Virus record (IMG/VR): IMGVR_UViG_3300036715_000865
From: an uncultured virus (IMG/VR IMGVR_UViG_3300036715_000865)
Taxonomy: Duplodnaviria; Heunggongvirae; Uroviricota; Caudoviricetes
Strand: one strand, 5' to 3'
DNA length: 64,000 bases
Part shown: positions 8,617 through 18,506 of the stretch, piece by piece
How the letters are laid out: each line of letters starts with the position of its first letter
Position numbering within the stretch: the stretch's first letter is position 1
Notes under the pieces: model-generated
Databases searched by the model: none
Seen by the model: only the letters and a program-made list of their open reading frames with translations
Told to the model about the DNA's origin: nothing
Translations under genes and position numbers: made by a program

Positions 8617-11241
8617 ATGGCTACAATAGTAAATTTTAATGGTAAGAAAATTATTGAACCAGGAGTGTACGCTCAGGTCAAAAGTGGCATACCAGTGAAG
8701 CCTAGCACATTCTCTACTGGGAACGTTTGTATCATTGATACTGGTTCTGGTATGGGATTCGGAGGAGGTTCAGGAATTGATGGAGAAGATAGACAAGGGT
8801 TAAACTCTGTTTATTCTTTTCAAGACATATCTGATTTCCAAGATTTCGTTCGTGGAGGTTTGCTTTTTGACATTGCTGATTTCTTGTTTAACCCGCAAGT
8901 ATCTTCTAATGGTCCAGAGACAGTTCACTTGGTTCGTGCCGCTGAAACAACTCCAGGAGAAATTGAATTTCAATTTTCAGGTGGTGGAACAGCAGGTGGT
9001 AGAATTAAATTCTTAACTCTAAACGAAGGAGAATGTGCAAACGGAAGAGTTGCTGAATCTTTAGCTAAGTGTTCCATTTCTGTTGTTGGTCCAATATTAT
9101 TAGGAGATACTGCTGATATTCAAATTCTTGGAGGTTCGTCCATCACAGGTTTGATTACTGCCACATCAACGTCAACTTCAGACTTTGCTCAGCAAATCAT
9201 GGAAGCTATTAACTCAGTAACTTCTGGATACCAAGCTGCATTACAAGGTGGAGATGTTATTGTTACTGCTCCAACAGGTTCGGGTGCTTCTGGCAACGCT
9301 GTTGTCTTAACTACTATGCAACTGCCTATTCAGGGAACTTTGTCTTCACCTACTATGACTGGCGGGATAGATAGTATTGATGCGACTGCTTCTTTAACGT
9401 TTATAACACCTGGTGCTGCTGGAGATGTAATCGGGATAGCTTATAATGGTTTGCCTTATGCTTTCTTTGGGTACTACACTGTTCAGACAGGAGCAACGAA
9501 TGATTTAAATGCGGCTGGATATGCTGCCTTAATTAATTCTAATACAGGAATTCACGGATTCACTGCGACTTCTGCTTTAGATGTTTTGACTGTCAATGCT
9601 CCTGCAGGTTCTGGTGCATTATTAAATACTGACCCTTTAATTGTAACAGCAACTACTGGTAGTATTACTGCCACTCCAGCGACAACATTCTCAGGAGGTG
9701 TGAATGAAACTCTTTCAACTGTAGATGTTACAGTAACAGCGATTGGAGAAGAGAACTCAACAATGACCGTTACAGTGAATGGATTAGGTTTAGGAACTTT
9801 GCCATCAACAGGTGTAGGTACTGTAGACAACTTAGCTTCTAATTATGCTGCACTTGTCAATGCTAATACAGCGGCAGGACTTAATCATGGATTTACGGCT
9901 ACGGTATTATTAAACGTAGTAACGATTACAGCCCCAACGAATTCAGGAGATTCTTTAAATGGAACAGATGTAGTTCTTACAACGCCATTCGGAACTGTTC
10001 CTTTTATAACTATTACTTCATTCGCTGGAGGTAGTAATTCAGGAATGCTTACAATAGGATATGGTGCACAAATGATGTCTGGCTTAAATAATCCTTCTAA
10101 ATTCATGATTGAATTTTACGAGGGCACTTACAGAGGAAAGACTGCAGGTGGAAACGATATTAACGGATTAGCACCTGAATTTTGTTCACCGAATTTGATT
10201 GCTACTAGTGTTGAATTTTCTAATATATCAGAATTAATTGATTGGGCTAAGAATGATTTCTTATTGTCTAAAAGATTCAGATTAGATGAGAATTATTTAG
10301 TAACAGGAACAGGTGCAGTTGATGCTGTAGATTTTTCTAACTATTTGAACTTGAATATTGCTGTTAATGGAGTTACGGATTACTCACCAGATTCATTAGA
10401 CCGAGTTCTTGAAGATATCAGAGAGTTGGACAATACTTTCTTTCTTTGTGACAGATTCGGTGACGAAGCTATGGGAGTTCAGAACAATAAAATATGGAAC
10501 CATATTCAGAGAGATGCTGAAATGAATAAGTTCATGGTTGTAGGAGCAGGATTAGATGAGACTAAATTTGAAGAAAGTGTTCCAAATTCTTCTATTGAAA
10601 CTGCTAAATATTATAATGACCACCGTGTTATTGTGGTTCACAGTGGACATAAGAGAGCGAATGTAGTTGGAGGAGGTTCTGAAAAACTTTCTGCTTTCTA
10701 TCATGCTGCAAATATCGTTGGACGTCTTGGAGGATTGGAGCCTCAGACACCTTTAACATTCAAAGGCATCAAGATAACTAATTTCAATCACCAACTAGGA
10801 TTGAGAGAACGTGAGAGAGCACTTCAAGCTGGAGTAATACACAACCGATTAGTTCCAGGCATAGGAAACGTTGTCAATCAAGGAATTAACTCACTTCAGA
10901 GAAACACTCAATTGATTAATCCTGACGGAACATCATTCGAGATTTCTATCATGCGTATTGCGGCTCAATTAAATAAGGAATTGATTCTAAATATGAGACC
11001 TTTGTTCGTTGGAAACAACGTTGGAAGTGCCTCACCTGCTGACGTTAAGTCATTCGTTGAAGGTTATCTTCTTTCGAGAACTGCTAAGACGTCTCAGGAT
11101 AACTTGATTATTAGTTTCAAAAACGTTTCAGTACGTTTGATTGAAGATTATTATGACATCAAGTATGGATTTGTTCCTAATGGACCAATCAATAAATTGT
11201 TTGTAACAGGCTTTATGCTTGACAACAATTTAAGTGCTTAA
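8617..11241 (+). CDS. tail sheath protein with three-repeat insertion
   Basis: IEPGVYA N-terminus, PLTFK and VVNQGINS sheath motifs; precedes the tube gene. Enlarged by three ~110-aa beta-rich repeats. Confidence 0.9.
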   Translation: MATIVNFNGKKIIEPGVYAQVKSGIPVKPSTFSTGNVCIIDTGSGMGFGGGSGIDGEDRQGLNSVYSFQDISDFQDFVRGGLLFDIADFLFNPQVSSNGPETVHLVRAAETTPGEIEFQFSGGGTAGGRIKFLTLNEGECANGRVAESLAKCSISVVGPILLGDTADIQILGGSSITGLITATSTSTSDFAQQIMEAINSVTSGYQAALQGGDVIVTAPTGSGASGNAVVLTTMQLPIQGTLSSPTMTGGIDSIDATASLTFITPGAAGDVIGIAYNGLPYAFFGYYTVQTGATNDLNAAGYAALINSNTGIHGFTATSALDVLTVNAPAGSGALLNTDPLIVTATTGSITATPATTFSGGVNETLSTVDVTVTAIGEENSTMTVTVNGLGLGTLPSTGVGTVDNLASNYAALVNANTAAGLNHGFTATVLLNVVTITAPTNSGDSLNGTDVVLTTPFGTVPFITITSFAGGSNSGMLTIGYGAQMMSGLNNPSKFMIEFYEGTYRGKTAGGNDINGLAPEFCSPNLIATSVEFSNISELIDWAKNDFLLSKRFRLDENYLVTGTGAVDAVDFSNYLNLNIAVNGVTDYSPDSLDRVLEDIRELDNTFFLCDRFGDEAMGVQNNKIWNHIQRDAEMNKFMVVGAGLDETKFEESVPNSSIETAKYYNDHRVIVVHSGHKRANVVGGGSEKLSAFYHAANIVGRLGGLEPQTPLTFKGIKITNFNHQLGLRERERALQAGVIHNRLVPGIGNVVNQGINSLQRNTQLINPDGTSFEISIMRIAAQLNKELILNMRPLFVGNNVGSASPADVKSFVEGYLLSRTAKTSQDNLIISFKNVSVRLIEDYYDIKYGFVPNGPINKLFVTGFMLDNNLSA
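9061..10032 (+). repeat. three tandem ~110-aa repeats inside the sheath
   Basis: IVTAPTGSG / TVNAPAGSG / TITAPTNSG, with units ending MTGG / FSGG / FAGG; HGFTAT shared by units 2 and 3. Confidence 0.75.
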
Positions 11242-11260
11242 TTTAATAAATAGATAAGAC

Positions 11261-11746
11261 ATGGCAACTAAAGTAATGACGGCACCCTTAGCCATAATCA
11301 AGGTGGATGGGATTGCTGTCGGTAAAATGAAGAGCATCCGAGTTAATGAGAACATCAGACGTGGTAGAGTCCAAGGAATCGGTGAATTAACACCGAGTGA
11401 GGTTCCAGCACTAGAATGGAGTGGTTCATTGAACGCAGGATTCTATTCAATAACATTCAATAACCAAGACCAGTTAATTAAGACTGCGTTGTTGAGAAAT
11501 GTTAATAACTTGCAGGAATTTGTTGATACTGTTCTTTTACAGGAAGATGGGATTCAAATAGATATTATGAAGAAAGTTAAGGATTTTCAAGACCCAACAA
11601 CTGGAATCATTTATCCTCAATTTGAATTATTTGCTTCTATTAGAGGTGCTTTTTCAACTAAGGAAAGTTTTGATATCTCTGAGGGTCAAATCTCAGGTCG
11701 TGACGTAGATTTCGAGTACATTACTCCTATCTTATTCCCATTGTAA
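11261..11746 (+). CDS. tail tube protein
   Basis: Immediately after the sheath; VQGIGELTPSE and final FEY motifs of SPO1-like tube proteins. Confidence 0.85.
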   Translation: MATKVMTAPLAIIKVDGIAVGKMKSIRVNENIRRGRVQGIGELTPSEVPALEWSGSLNAGFYSITFNNQDQLIKTALLRNVNNLQEFVDTVLLQEDGIQIDIMKKVKDFQDPTTGIIYPQFELFASIRGAFSTKESFDISEGQISGRDVDFEYITPILFPL

Positions 11747-11770
11747 TATTAATATTAAAAACGAATTAAA

Positions 11771-12145
11771 ATGGCTGCAACGACTTTTCAGCAAGGTGAA
11801 GACCAAAAACTAAGTGTGCAAGTTATCGAAGCAGGTGCTGCTGTAGATATCAGTGTTTGTACAAACATCAAGGCAATCTTGAAAGTTAATAATATCGAAC
11901 AAAAGAAATATGCGTTAGTTCCAGAAACTGACCATGGTACTCTTATTCCTGATGTTACTAACACTAATCAAGCCAACATCATGGTTGAGCGTGAAGAGAG
12001 TAAGAATTTCCCTGTTGGAGCAGTAACGGTAATCCTATTATGTGCTTTCCCAGACCCAGAGTTCAGCGATGGAGTCCGAGTTCAAGAGTACAAGTTCAGC
12101 GTAGGACGTGTAGCACAAGGAGAAGGATTGAACGAGATGATTTAA
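11771..12145 (+). CDS. putative virion protein (Ig/BppU-like beta fold)
   Basis: FQQGED...GAAVDIS start resembles BppU-N-like domains; co-transcribed with the tube gene. Confidence 0.45.
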   Translation: MAATTFQQGEDQKLSVQVIEAGAAVDISVCTNIKAILKVNNIEQKKYALVPETDHGTLIPDVTNTNQANIMVEREESKNFPVGAVTVILLCAFPDPEFSDGVRVQEYKFSVGRVAQGEGLNEMI

Positions 12146-12165
12146 GATATATTATCTAAAAAAGG

Positions 12166-12195
12166 AAAATGCTGGGTTAACGCTCAGCATTTTTT
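12166..12195 (+). terminator. rho-independent terminator
   Basis: AAAATGCTGGGT-TAAC-GCTCAGCATTTT stem with T-run. Confidence 0.8.
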
Positions 12196-12238
12196 ATTCA
12201 GTTATTATTTTAGTTAAAAATGTAAAAATTTATTAGTC

Positions 12239-12613
12239 ATGGTTAAGACAAAATTAGTGAATATTTTAGGGGAATCATATCAAGTGAGTTTCCCAACTAT
12301 CGGAAAACTTCAAGACATTGAAGCATTCAAAATGTCCTATTCAAATGGTAGGTATGTTGATATGGCTTTATCAGGCTTAAAGATTCATGAATTCATGTTA
12401 GATGTTACGGATGCAGTTGCTTATTTGAGCGTTCTTATTCCAGAATTGAAAGCAAATATGGGAGTTAAGAACTGGCGTGATTTGGAAGGAGACCAAGCTA
12501 AGAAATTAGTAAAGTCTTACAAGTCTGAATTTATTCCTTGGTTCAAACCTATTGTTGAGGATTTATGTAAGTATGAAGAAGCAGAAGATGTCTCAGAACA
12601 AGATAAGGGATGA
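12239..12613 (+). CDS. tail assembly chaperone
   Basis: Position between tube and tape measure; size and C-terminal Y...FIPWF pattern. Confidence 0.65.
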   Translation: MVKTKLVNILGESYQVSFPTIGKLQDIEAFKMSYSNGRYVDMALSGLKIHEFMLDVTDAVAYLSVLIPELKANMGVKNWRDLEGDQAKKLVKSYKSEFIPWFKPIVEDLCKYEEAEDVSEQDKG

Positions 12614-12902
12614 AATCCGACAACAAATTAATAATTGGAACAGTAAATTCCCAATAGATTATTGGTGGAGAAAAAAATACAATATTCCATTTGGTAGTCC
12701 AGCTCACAGAGATGCAAATTTGATTGATATGTTTTATGATTATGAAGAAGAAAAAATCATGAACAAAATCATAGAAAGTATGACTAGTGAAGAAGAGGGT
12801 GAAAGTGTTGCTGATTTGAATGTCGGTAAAAAGATGTCTAACAAAGAATTAGATGATGCATTTGACAACTTAGATGTTAATCAATTCAATTCTACAAAGT
12901 GA
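12588..12902 (+). CDS. second tail assembly chaperone
   Basis: WWRKKYNIPFGSPAH motif; directly before the tape measure gene. Start moved to ATG 12588. Confidence 0.6.
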   Translation: MSQNKIRDEIRQQINNWNSKFPIDYWWRKKYNIPFGSPAHRDANLIDMFYDYEEEKIMNKIIESMTSEEEGESVADLNVGKKMSNKELDDAFDNLDVNQFNSTK

Positions 12903-12908
12903 TAATAA

Positions 12909-14777
12909 ATGGCTGATGTAAGTGTAAATATACGAGGCAGGGATGACGGTTTAGGTGCTTCTTTGGATTCTTTAAGAGAAAAGGCTCAAGCATTAGGAAA
13001 AGATGTTTCCAACATCAATCAGTCCAATATGTCTAGGATGACACCTACAGAACAGAGATTGGCTGTAGAACATACTTCTAAAGAAACTTTAAGAGCGAAA
13101 CAAGATGATATTCGCTCAGAATTTTCTTCTGCTAGAAAGGCAAATATAGACGAATTTGGACAGGCTGAATCTAGGTTTTCTCAAGGTAAAATGTCCGCTG
13201 CTGATTTTGCATCTGAAAAGAAGAAATTTTCTGAATCTCAGGAAACTCTTGGAAAAGAAGAGAATCAAGAACTAATAAACGTAGAGAAAGAAATGAACCA
13301 ACACTTGCGCATTATAGTGCGTGAGATGGTTATGCAAAAAAGACTCGAAAGAGAAATAGCTCAACGTGATGACAAAGAGCATTCTTTAAGAGAAAAGGAA
13401 GACAAGGAGAGGGAAGAAAATAAGGATGAAAATGGTGTGACAGTTGTTGGAGCACGTCCTCTTGCAATTGATAAAGAAAAAGAAGATTCTGATAACGACA
13501 ATGACAGAAATAAGAAGGGTCAATTAGTTCACGCAATCGACAGAACTCCAGAAATGGCTTCTGGTACTTTAAGACCACTTGTAAAAGGTGGAATAGATTT
13601 AATGTCTGGTATAGTAAGTTTAGCAGCATCTAATATCCTTACAGCAGGAGTTGCTGCTGGTGCTTTGATTACTTATAAGTTAGCTGAGAAAGGTAACGAA
13701 ATTGCTGAAGCAGCTGGTAATGTTGGAGCGTTCAGAGGAATGGGCCATACTGGCTCAGATACAATGAGAGGTTACACTGAAGATGCAAGTTTAAGTGAGG
13801 AATCAAGAGGCATCGGAATAGATAAGGCTCAACTTTTGAATTTGATGGCAGACAAGGCTAGAGCATCTGGACATGCTGATAATTTAAAAATAAGAACTTT
13901 AAACGACCAATACATACAAAAGAGTACTGGTGCTGACCCTGGAGTTTACAGTAAGTTTGAGAGATTTAATACCAACCAAGAAACATCCAATGTTATTGCG
14001 ATGGATATGTTAAATACTTTAGCTAGGATTGATGGCTCTTCATTAAAAGAAGGTGATTTAGCAACTCTTCAAGAAAAGATGGGCATCCAAACCAATTTGA
14101 TGGATATCCAAAGAAGCAAAAGAGATGCTGTAGACGTTGATGATACATTGCGTATAATGTCTGCATTTGAATCTATTGGACTTTCTCAAAAAGGAGAAAA
14201 GGGTGGAGAATTTCTTGCTAACACCATTACTGGACTAGGAGAAGGAGGAAGTGATAATGCTATGCTTTTAAAGTACGAGGCCATGAAGAGGGCACATCCA
14301 GAGGCAGCAAATGACCCTGCAGAATTGCGTAGATTAGTTAAATTCCATTCTGATGACCCTGAATATATGAAAGAGGCATTCGGATTCTTTGGACAAATAA
14401 CGAATAACAACGATATGGCCAGGGATGATTTGATGTATTCTATGTTCAATCCTCAATCAGAACACGACATGACTATGTGGGGTTCAGCGATGGAGGGTAA
14501 AGGAAGTTTCAATCAGTTACTTACTGGTGCTCCAAACAAGCAATGGCGTGGTAGTTTATCAGGTGAACAAATAATGGCTGATGCGCAGACAACTACTGGA
14601 AGTCTAACAGATATGGAACAATACGTGAAACAAATAGTTGAAGGTTTTGGTGTGAGTGTTAATGGGTTGTTAGAAGATATAACAGGCAACGGTGGCAAGT
14701 CCGTAAATGTTAATTTAAAAGGTAATTTAGCAACACCAACTCATAATGTGAACAAGACTAAAACAGGAGGGAAATAA
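12909..14777 (+). CDS. tape measure protein
   Basis: MADVSVNIRGRD start, helical Ala/Gly-rich composition, central hydrophobic stretch; follows the chaperones. Confidence 0.7.
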   Translation: MADVSVNIRGRDDGLGASLDSLREKAQALGKDVSNINQSNMSRMTPTEQRLAVEHTSKETLRAKQDDIRSEFSSARKANIDEFGQAESRFSQGKMSAADFASEKKKFSESQETLGKEENQELINVEKEMNQHLRIIVREMVMQKRLEREIAQRDDKEHSLREKEDKEREENKDENGVTVVGARPLAIDKEKEDSDNDNDRNKKGQLVHAIDRTPEMASGTLRPLVKGGIDLMSGIVSLAASNILTAGVAAGALITYKLAEKGNEIAEAAGNVGAFRGMGHTGSDTMRGYTEDASLSEESRGIGIDKAQLLNLMADKARASGHADNLKIRTLNDQYIQKSTGADPGVYSKFERFNTNQETSNVIAMDMLNTLARIDGSSLKEGDLATLQEKMGIQTNLMDIQRSKRDAVDVDDTLRIMSAFESIGLSQKGEKGGEFLANTITGLGEGGSDNAMLLKYEAMKRAHPEAANDPAELRRLVKFHSDDPEYMKEAFGFFGQITNNNDMARDDLMYSMFNPQSEHDMTMWGSAMEGKGSFNQLLTGAPNKQWRGSLSGEQIMADAQTTTGSLTDMEQYVKQIVEGFGVSVNGLLEDITGNGGKSVNVNLKGNLATPTHNVNKTKTGGK

Positions 14778-16429
14778 TGGCTAATATAGTTCCTATACAA
14801 TACAACGGTGAATTAGGGTATAAAAAAACTATACGTCAAGTTTTTGAATATCTGAAGATTCGCAAGATAACAGTAGAGCAATTTCTTGATTTTGAACATC
14901 CTGGTTACAAATTGAAAAATAGAGACATGGTCTGGATGGGTTATGACCCAAGAACATTTCTTAATTATGGATTGGCTGCTACAGAAGAGGAAGCCTTGAA
15001 TATTGACCCTACAGATTCTAAAAAGGTTACGCCAGACGCACCTTGCCCTGTTCCGATAACTTTTTACATCGATTCAAAATATCTTGAAAAAACTACTTTA
15101 GTTGTTCAAAGTAATTTGCTAGTTGATAATTTTTCTGTTAGTGAGTTCGATAATAACTCAGAAAATCAAAGTGGAGCATTTACAGCATCTACTGAAACAT
15201 TCTATAAGCAAGTGCAAAATGCATTAACAAGTCATAGAATGTATGATGGTGAATTGAATTCTAAAGATAAAATATTAGAAAATAGAGATAAATTTGGAAA
15301 TCTTGAAACTGCTAGTTTTCCAAAGTCAAGAAATTATTCTAAGTCTAGGATTGTGCCACATGTATATATATGGTGTAAATCCTTAAACGAAGGAAAGTTC
15401 AGCCCATCTTCTGTATTTGACCTTAGTGCATTCATTCTAAATATGAATATGACTGTTTCAGAAACAGGAGGAAATTTTAACATACAATTAGCACCTGTGG
15501 AAGGTTTGATAACTTGTGGAGTTGATGGGAATCCAGAAGGCATTTGGAACGTAGAAAAAACTCAATATATTAATTTTGAGCCAACAGGAAGCAATCCCAA
15601 CATTGTTGAAAGAGAGCATTATTTCAAAACTTTGATAACTAAGTATACAGATTTGTGGGTCACAATGCCTAGCTTGGATGATAACGGTTTTTGGAAATAC
15701 GGACAAAGATTCCAAGGAGAACAATTGAACAATTTAAATACTGTGAATGTGCAACCTGGAAATGCAGGTAAGGTCATTCAGTGGACGAAAATGTTTTTTG
15801 AGCAAGTAATTGCAGCTAATGATGTTGTATTTATAAGCTATGGAGACCCATTCCAAAAAGCTAATGACCAGATAATAGATTCAATTGGAGAATCGAATAT
15901 TGGGTTGAAAAAAGTAGATGACTTCTTTATAGACCATCTAAGTTTAGTTGGAGGACAATATGAAATGATAGGATTAGTGGACACTAATTCTATTTCTCAT
16001 TCACCTGAGAATGACGATGTGACAATTAATATAACAGGTCGTGATTGCATGAAACTTTTAATAGAAGATGGTTCATATTTCTTTGCTAAGAGTTACGCCA
16101 ACCCCGATGAAACAGTTTCAGCATTCAACAATACTGATATACCTAATCAAGGAGATTCTAATAATGCTTTCAATAATGCTGTATCTAATCCAGGTGCAAC
16201 AAATAGATTGATAACTACTGGAATATTGGATATGTTATTCATACCAGAGGCAAGAAATGTGAATTTTGTATTGAATATGTTAATGAGCAGGTTGGCCAAT
16301 ATAGAAGTTTGTCCTAGTGAATTATTTGAAGCTTGGGGAGACAGAAGAACAAAATTCTCTATTGTAACAGAAGAGCAAACTGACGAAAATAAGCCGTCTA
16401 CAGAAATAGACGAAACAACAGGAGATTAG
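14777..16429 (+). CDS. baseplate hub / tail lysin, N-terminal part
   Basis: GGNFNIQL, MIGLVD and ITGRDCMKLL motifs of SPO1-like hub proteins; follows the tape measure gene. Confidence 0.6.
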   Translation: MANIVPIQYNGELGYKKTIRQVFEYLKIRKITVEQFLDFEHPGYKLKNRDMVWMGYDPRTFLNYGLAATEEEALNIDPTDSKKVTPDAPCPVPITFYIDSKYLEKTTLVVQSNLLVDNFSVSEFDNNSENQSGAFTASTETFYKQVQNALTSHRMYDGELNSKDKILENRDKFGNLETASFPKSRNYSKSRIVPHVYIWCKSLNEGKFSPSSVFDLSAFILNMNMTVSETGGNFNIQLAPVEGLITCGVDGNPEGIWNVEKTQYINFEPTGSNPNIVEREHYFKTLITKYTDLWVTMPSLDDNGFWKYGQRFQGEQLNNLNTVNVQPGNAGKVIQWTKMFFEQVIAANDVVFISYGDPFQKANDQIIDSIGESNIGLKKVDDFFIDHLSLVGGQYEMIGLVDTNSISHSPENDDVTINITGRDCMKLLIEDGSYFFAKSYANPDETVSAFNNTDIPNQGDSNNAFNNAVSNPGATNRLITTGILDMLFIPEARNVNFVLNMLMSRLANIEVCPSELFEAWGDRRTKFSIVTEEQTDENKPSTEIDETTGD

Positions 16430-16433
16430 AATT

Positions 16434-18506
16434 ATGGGACTTCAACAAGAAAGAGACAGGATAGCTAAAGAAAATAAGAAGTATATAGCTAAACTACACC
16501 CAAAGGTAAGGGATAAATTTACTGCATTCGAGGCAGAAGCCAGAGCGAATGATTTAGATTTGAAAATATTTTCCTCACTAAGGTCAATAGCGACACAACA
16601 GAGACTTTACGATAACTATAAATCAGGCAAGAGCACAATTCCTGCTGCTAGACCAGGTTGGTCTATGCATAATTACGGTTTTGCTATAGACACTTATGTA
16701 TTAAGGCTTAGCACAGGCACATGGGCTAAATACAAAGATTTGTATAAAAAATTGTTGCCTATTGCCAACAAGTACGGATTATATTGGTTAGGCTCAGCGA
16801 TGAATTCTGAAATTCACCATTGGGAATTCAATAATGGAATTGTTCCTGCAAAGGGCTTTGTAGTTAAATTAAGAGCACTAAAAGCTGAAGGTAAGGTGGA
16901 TTCAGCAGGATATGTTTTATTAGACAAAATAAACACAATAGACCCAGCAAGTTCATCTAAGTTAACAGAAGAGTGGAGCACTGATTTGTTAAGTCAGAGT
17001 ATTGGGAGTTCAGAACAACAAGTAGAACAAAGAAAGAAACAACAACCTAGAGTAATTACAAATGTAGAAGAGATAAATGCAGTAGGTATATGGCAAATTG
17101 TTAAACTTGTTGCAGACCAATATTCTTTGAGTCAAAATATAAATGACGCCACTATTGCTTTTGACCAAGGTAGTTTGTTAAATTTTGTTAAGAAAGTGGT
17201 TCAAGAGCCTTGGCTTCAATTCTTTGGAGATACCGTAAATGACCAATATTATTTTCAAGTCCGTAAAGAGCCTTTTGATTATAACGGATGGAACGCAGGC
17301 ATGATAGTAAATGATACTATAAAGATTGAAGATGTACTTTCAGATGATTTATCTTGGTACGATGGCCCAGTCTATTCTTGGTTTCAAATAATTCCAAAGG
17401 GTTCTTTCTTAGGTGAACAAGATTTAATATTTCAACACGTTGCTGCTGTTTTCTTTGAAGAATATGCAGAAGTTTGGGGCTCAAAACCATTATCGCACGT
17501 TTCTAACTATTTGAATTTCATTAAAATTAGTGACGGTAAGATAATGTTAGAAAAAGCTATAGAAGATTTAAGATATATGGTTGAATCTAATGTTTATTTA
17601 CCTTTTACTAGAAGTGGAACAATAACAATAAAAGGAGATTATAGACACAGAAGAGGTCAGAAAATACAATACCTTCCAACAGGAGAGGAATTTTATGTTG
17701 ACTCAGTTTCTCATTCCTACCAGATTTCTGACAATGGTCCAGTATTTCTAACCACTTTGAGGGTAAGTAGGGGAATGGTTATGAAATACCTTGGTGCGCC
17801 TGAGGATGCTAACACAAATAGTTATTGGAACTTAATTCTTTACTCTGACCCACCTCCAACAGTGGTGGACTATCCAGAAAAAGTGGCTAAAAAATCAGTT
17901 CAAGTCTATTTTGATAATGATAGGGCATATTTGATTATACCTAAAGAATCTTGGCCACCTTCAAAAGACACTAGAGATAAGAAAATGGAAAGACAGATAA
18001 AAGAATTTCCTGGACTTAGACAACAATTATATGAATCCAATATTATAAATACAGACAAGGCTGCCGCTTTAATAAATGAATTTCCTAATGCCCCACTTGA
18101 ATGTGTCGGATATGTGGATTCAGATAAAGGAGGAAAAACACCAGTACTTGCTATAAATAGAGCAAAAACTCTAAGGAGAGCAGTAATAGACAGACATATG
18201 GAAATCTTCAATACTATGACAAGAGAACAGTTGGAGAATAAGATTAGTATAAGAGGTGCTAAGTTTACAAAATATGACCCTGATGGAATAATAACAAATG
18301 AGAAAGTTCCGAGCAGAGAAGAAATAGAAAAAACTGACAACGCTGACAAGTTGAAAATAAAATCTTTGGAGAGATTCGCAGAATTTGTAGTCAAGGAACA
18401 TACTGTAAATAAAAAGAAATCTGTCCCACAAGAAGGAATAGGGTGGAAAGTCAATGACCCTGTTTTTCAGTTCTTTTTGAGACGTAAACAACAGAACGAA
18501 TGTTAG
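16434..18506 (+). CDS. baseplate hub C-terminal part with M15 peptidase and OmpA-like domain
   Basis: M15 motifs SLRS...Q..LY, SMHNYGFAID, E.HHWE. Hub motifs EPWLQFFGD, SGTITIKGD, EFYVDSVSH, LRVSRG. OmpA_C-like VYFDND...GYVDS...RAKTL. Confidence 0.7.
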   Translation: MGLQQERDRIAKENKKYIAKLHPKVRDKFTAFEAEARANDLDLKIFSSLRSIATQQRLYDNYKSGKSTIPAARPGWSMHNYGFAIDTYVLRLSTGTWAKYKDLYKKLLPIANKYGLYWLGSAMNSEIHHWEFNNGIVPAKGFVVKLRALKAEGKVDSAGYVLLDKINTIDPASSSKLTEEWSTDLLSQSIGSSEQQVEQRKKQQPRVITNVEEINAVGIWQIVKLVADQYSLSQNINDATIAFDQGSLLNFVKKVVQEPWLQFFGDTVNDQYYFQVRKEPFDYNGWNAGMIVNDTIKIEDVLSDDLSWYDGPVYSWFQIIPKGSFLGEQDLIFQHVAAVFFEEYAEVWGSKPLSHVSNYLNFIKISDGKIMLEKAIEDLRYMVESNVYLPFTRSGTITIKGDYRHRRGQKIQYLPTGEEFYVDSVSHSYQISDNGPVFLTTLRVSRGMVMKYLGAPEDANTNSYWNLILYSDPPPTVVDYPEKVAKKSVQVYFDNDRAYLIIPKESWPPSKDTRDKKMERQIKEFPGLRQQLYESNIINTDKAAALINEFPNAPLECVGYVDSDKGGKTPVLAINRAKTLRRAVIDRHMEIFNTMTREQLENKISIRGAKFTKYDPDGIITNEKVPSREEIEKTDNADKLKIKSLERFAEFVVKEHTVNKKKSVPQEGIGWKVNDPVFQFFLRRKQQNEC

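Noticed and set aside
12513..12613. Programmed frameshift joining the two tail chaperone ORFs
   Set aside because: The second ORF is in the +1 frame, I see no canonical slippery heptamer or CCC-stop signal, and it has its own ATG at 12588.
16427..16436. Stop-codon readthrough or genetic-code reassignment at the hub split
   Set aside because: The two ORFs are in different frames. TAA, TAG and TGA all end genes normally and conserved enzymes are intact under code 11.
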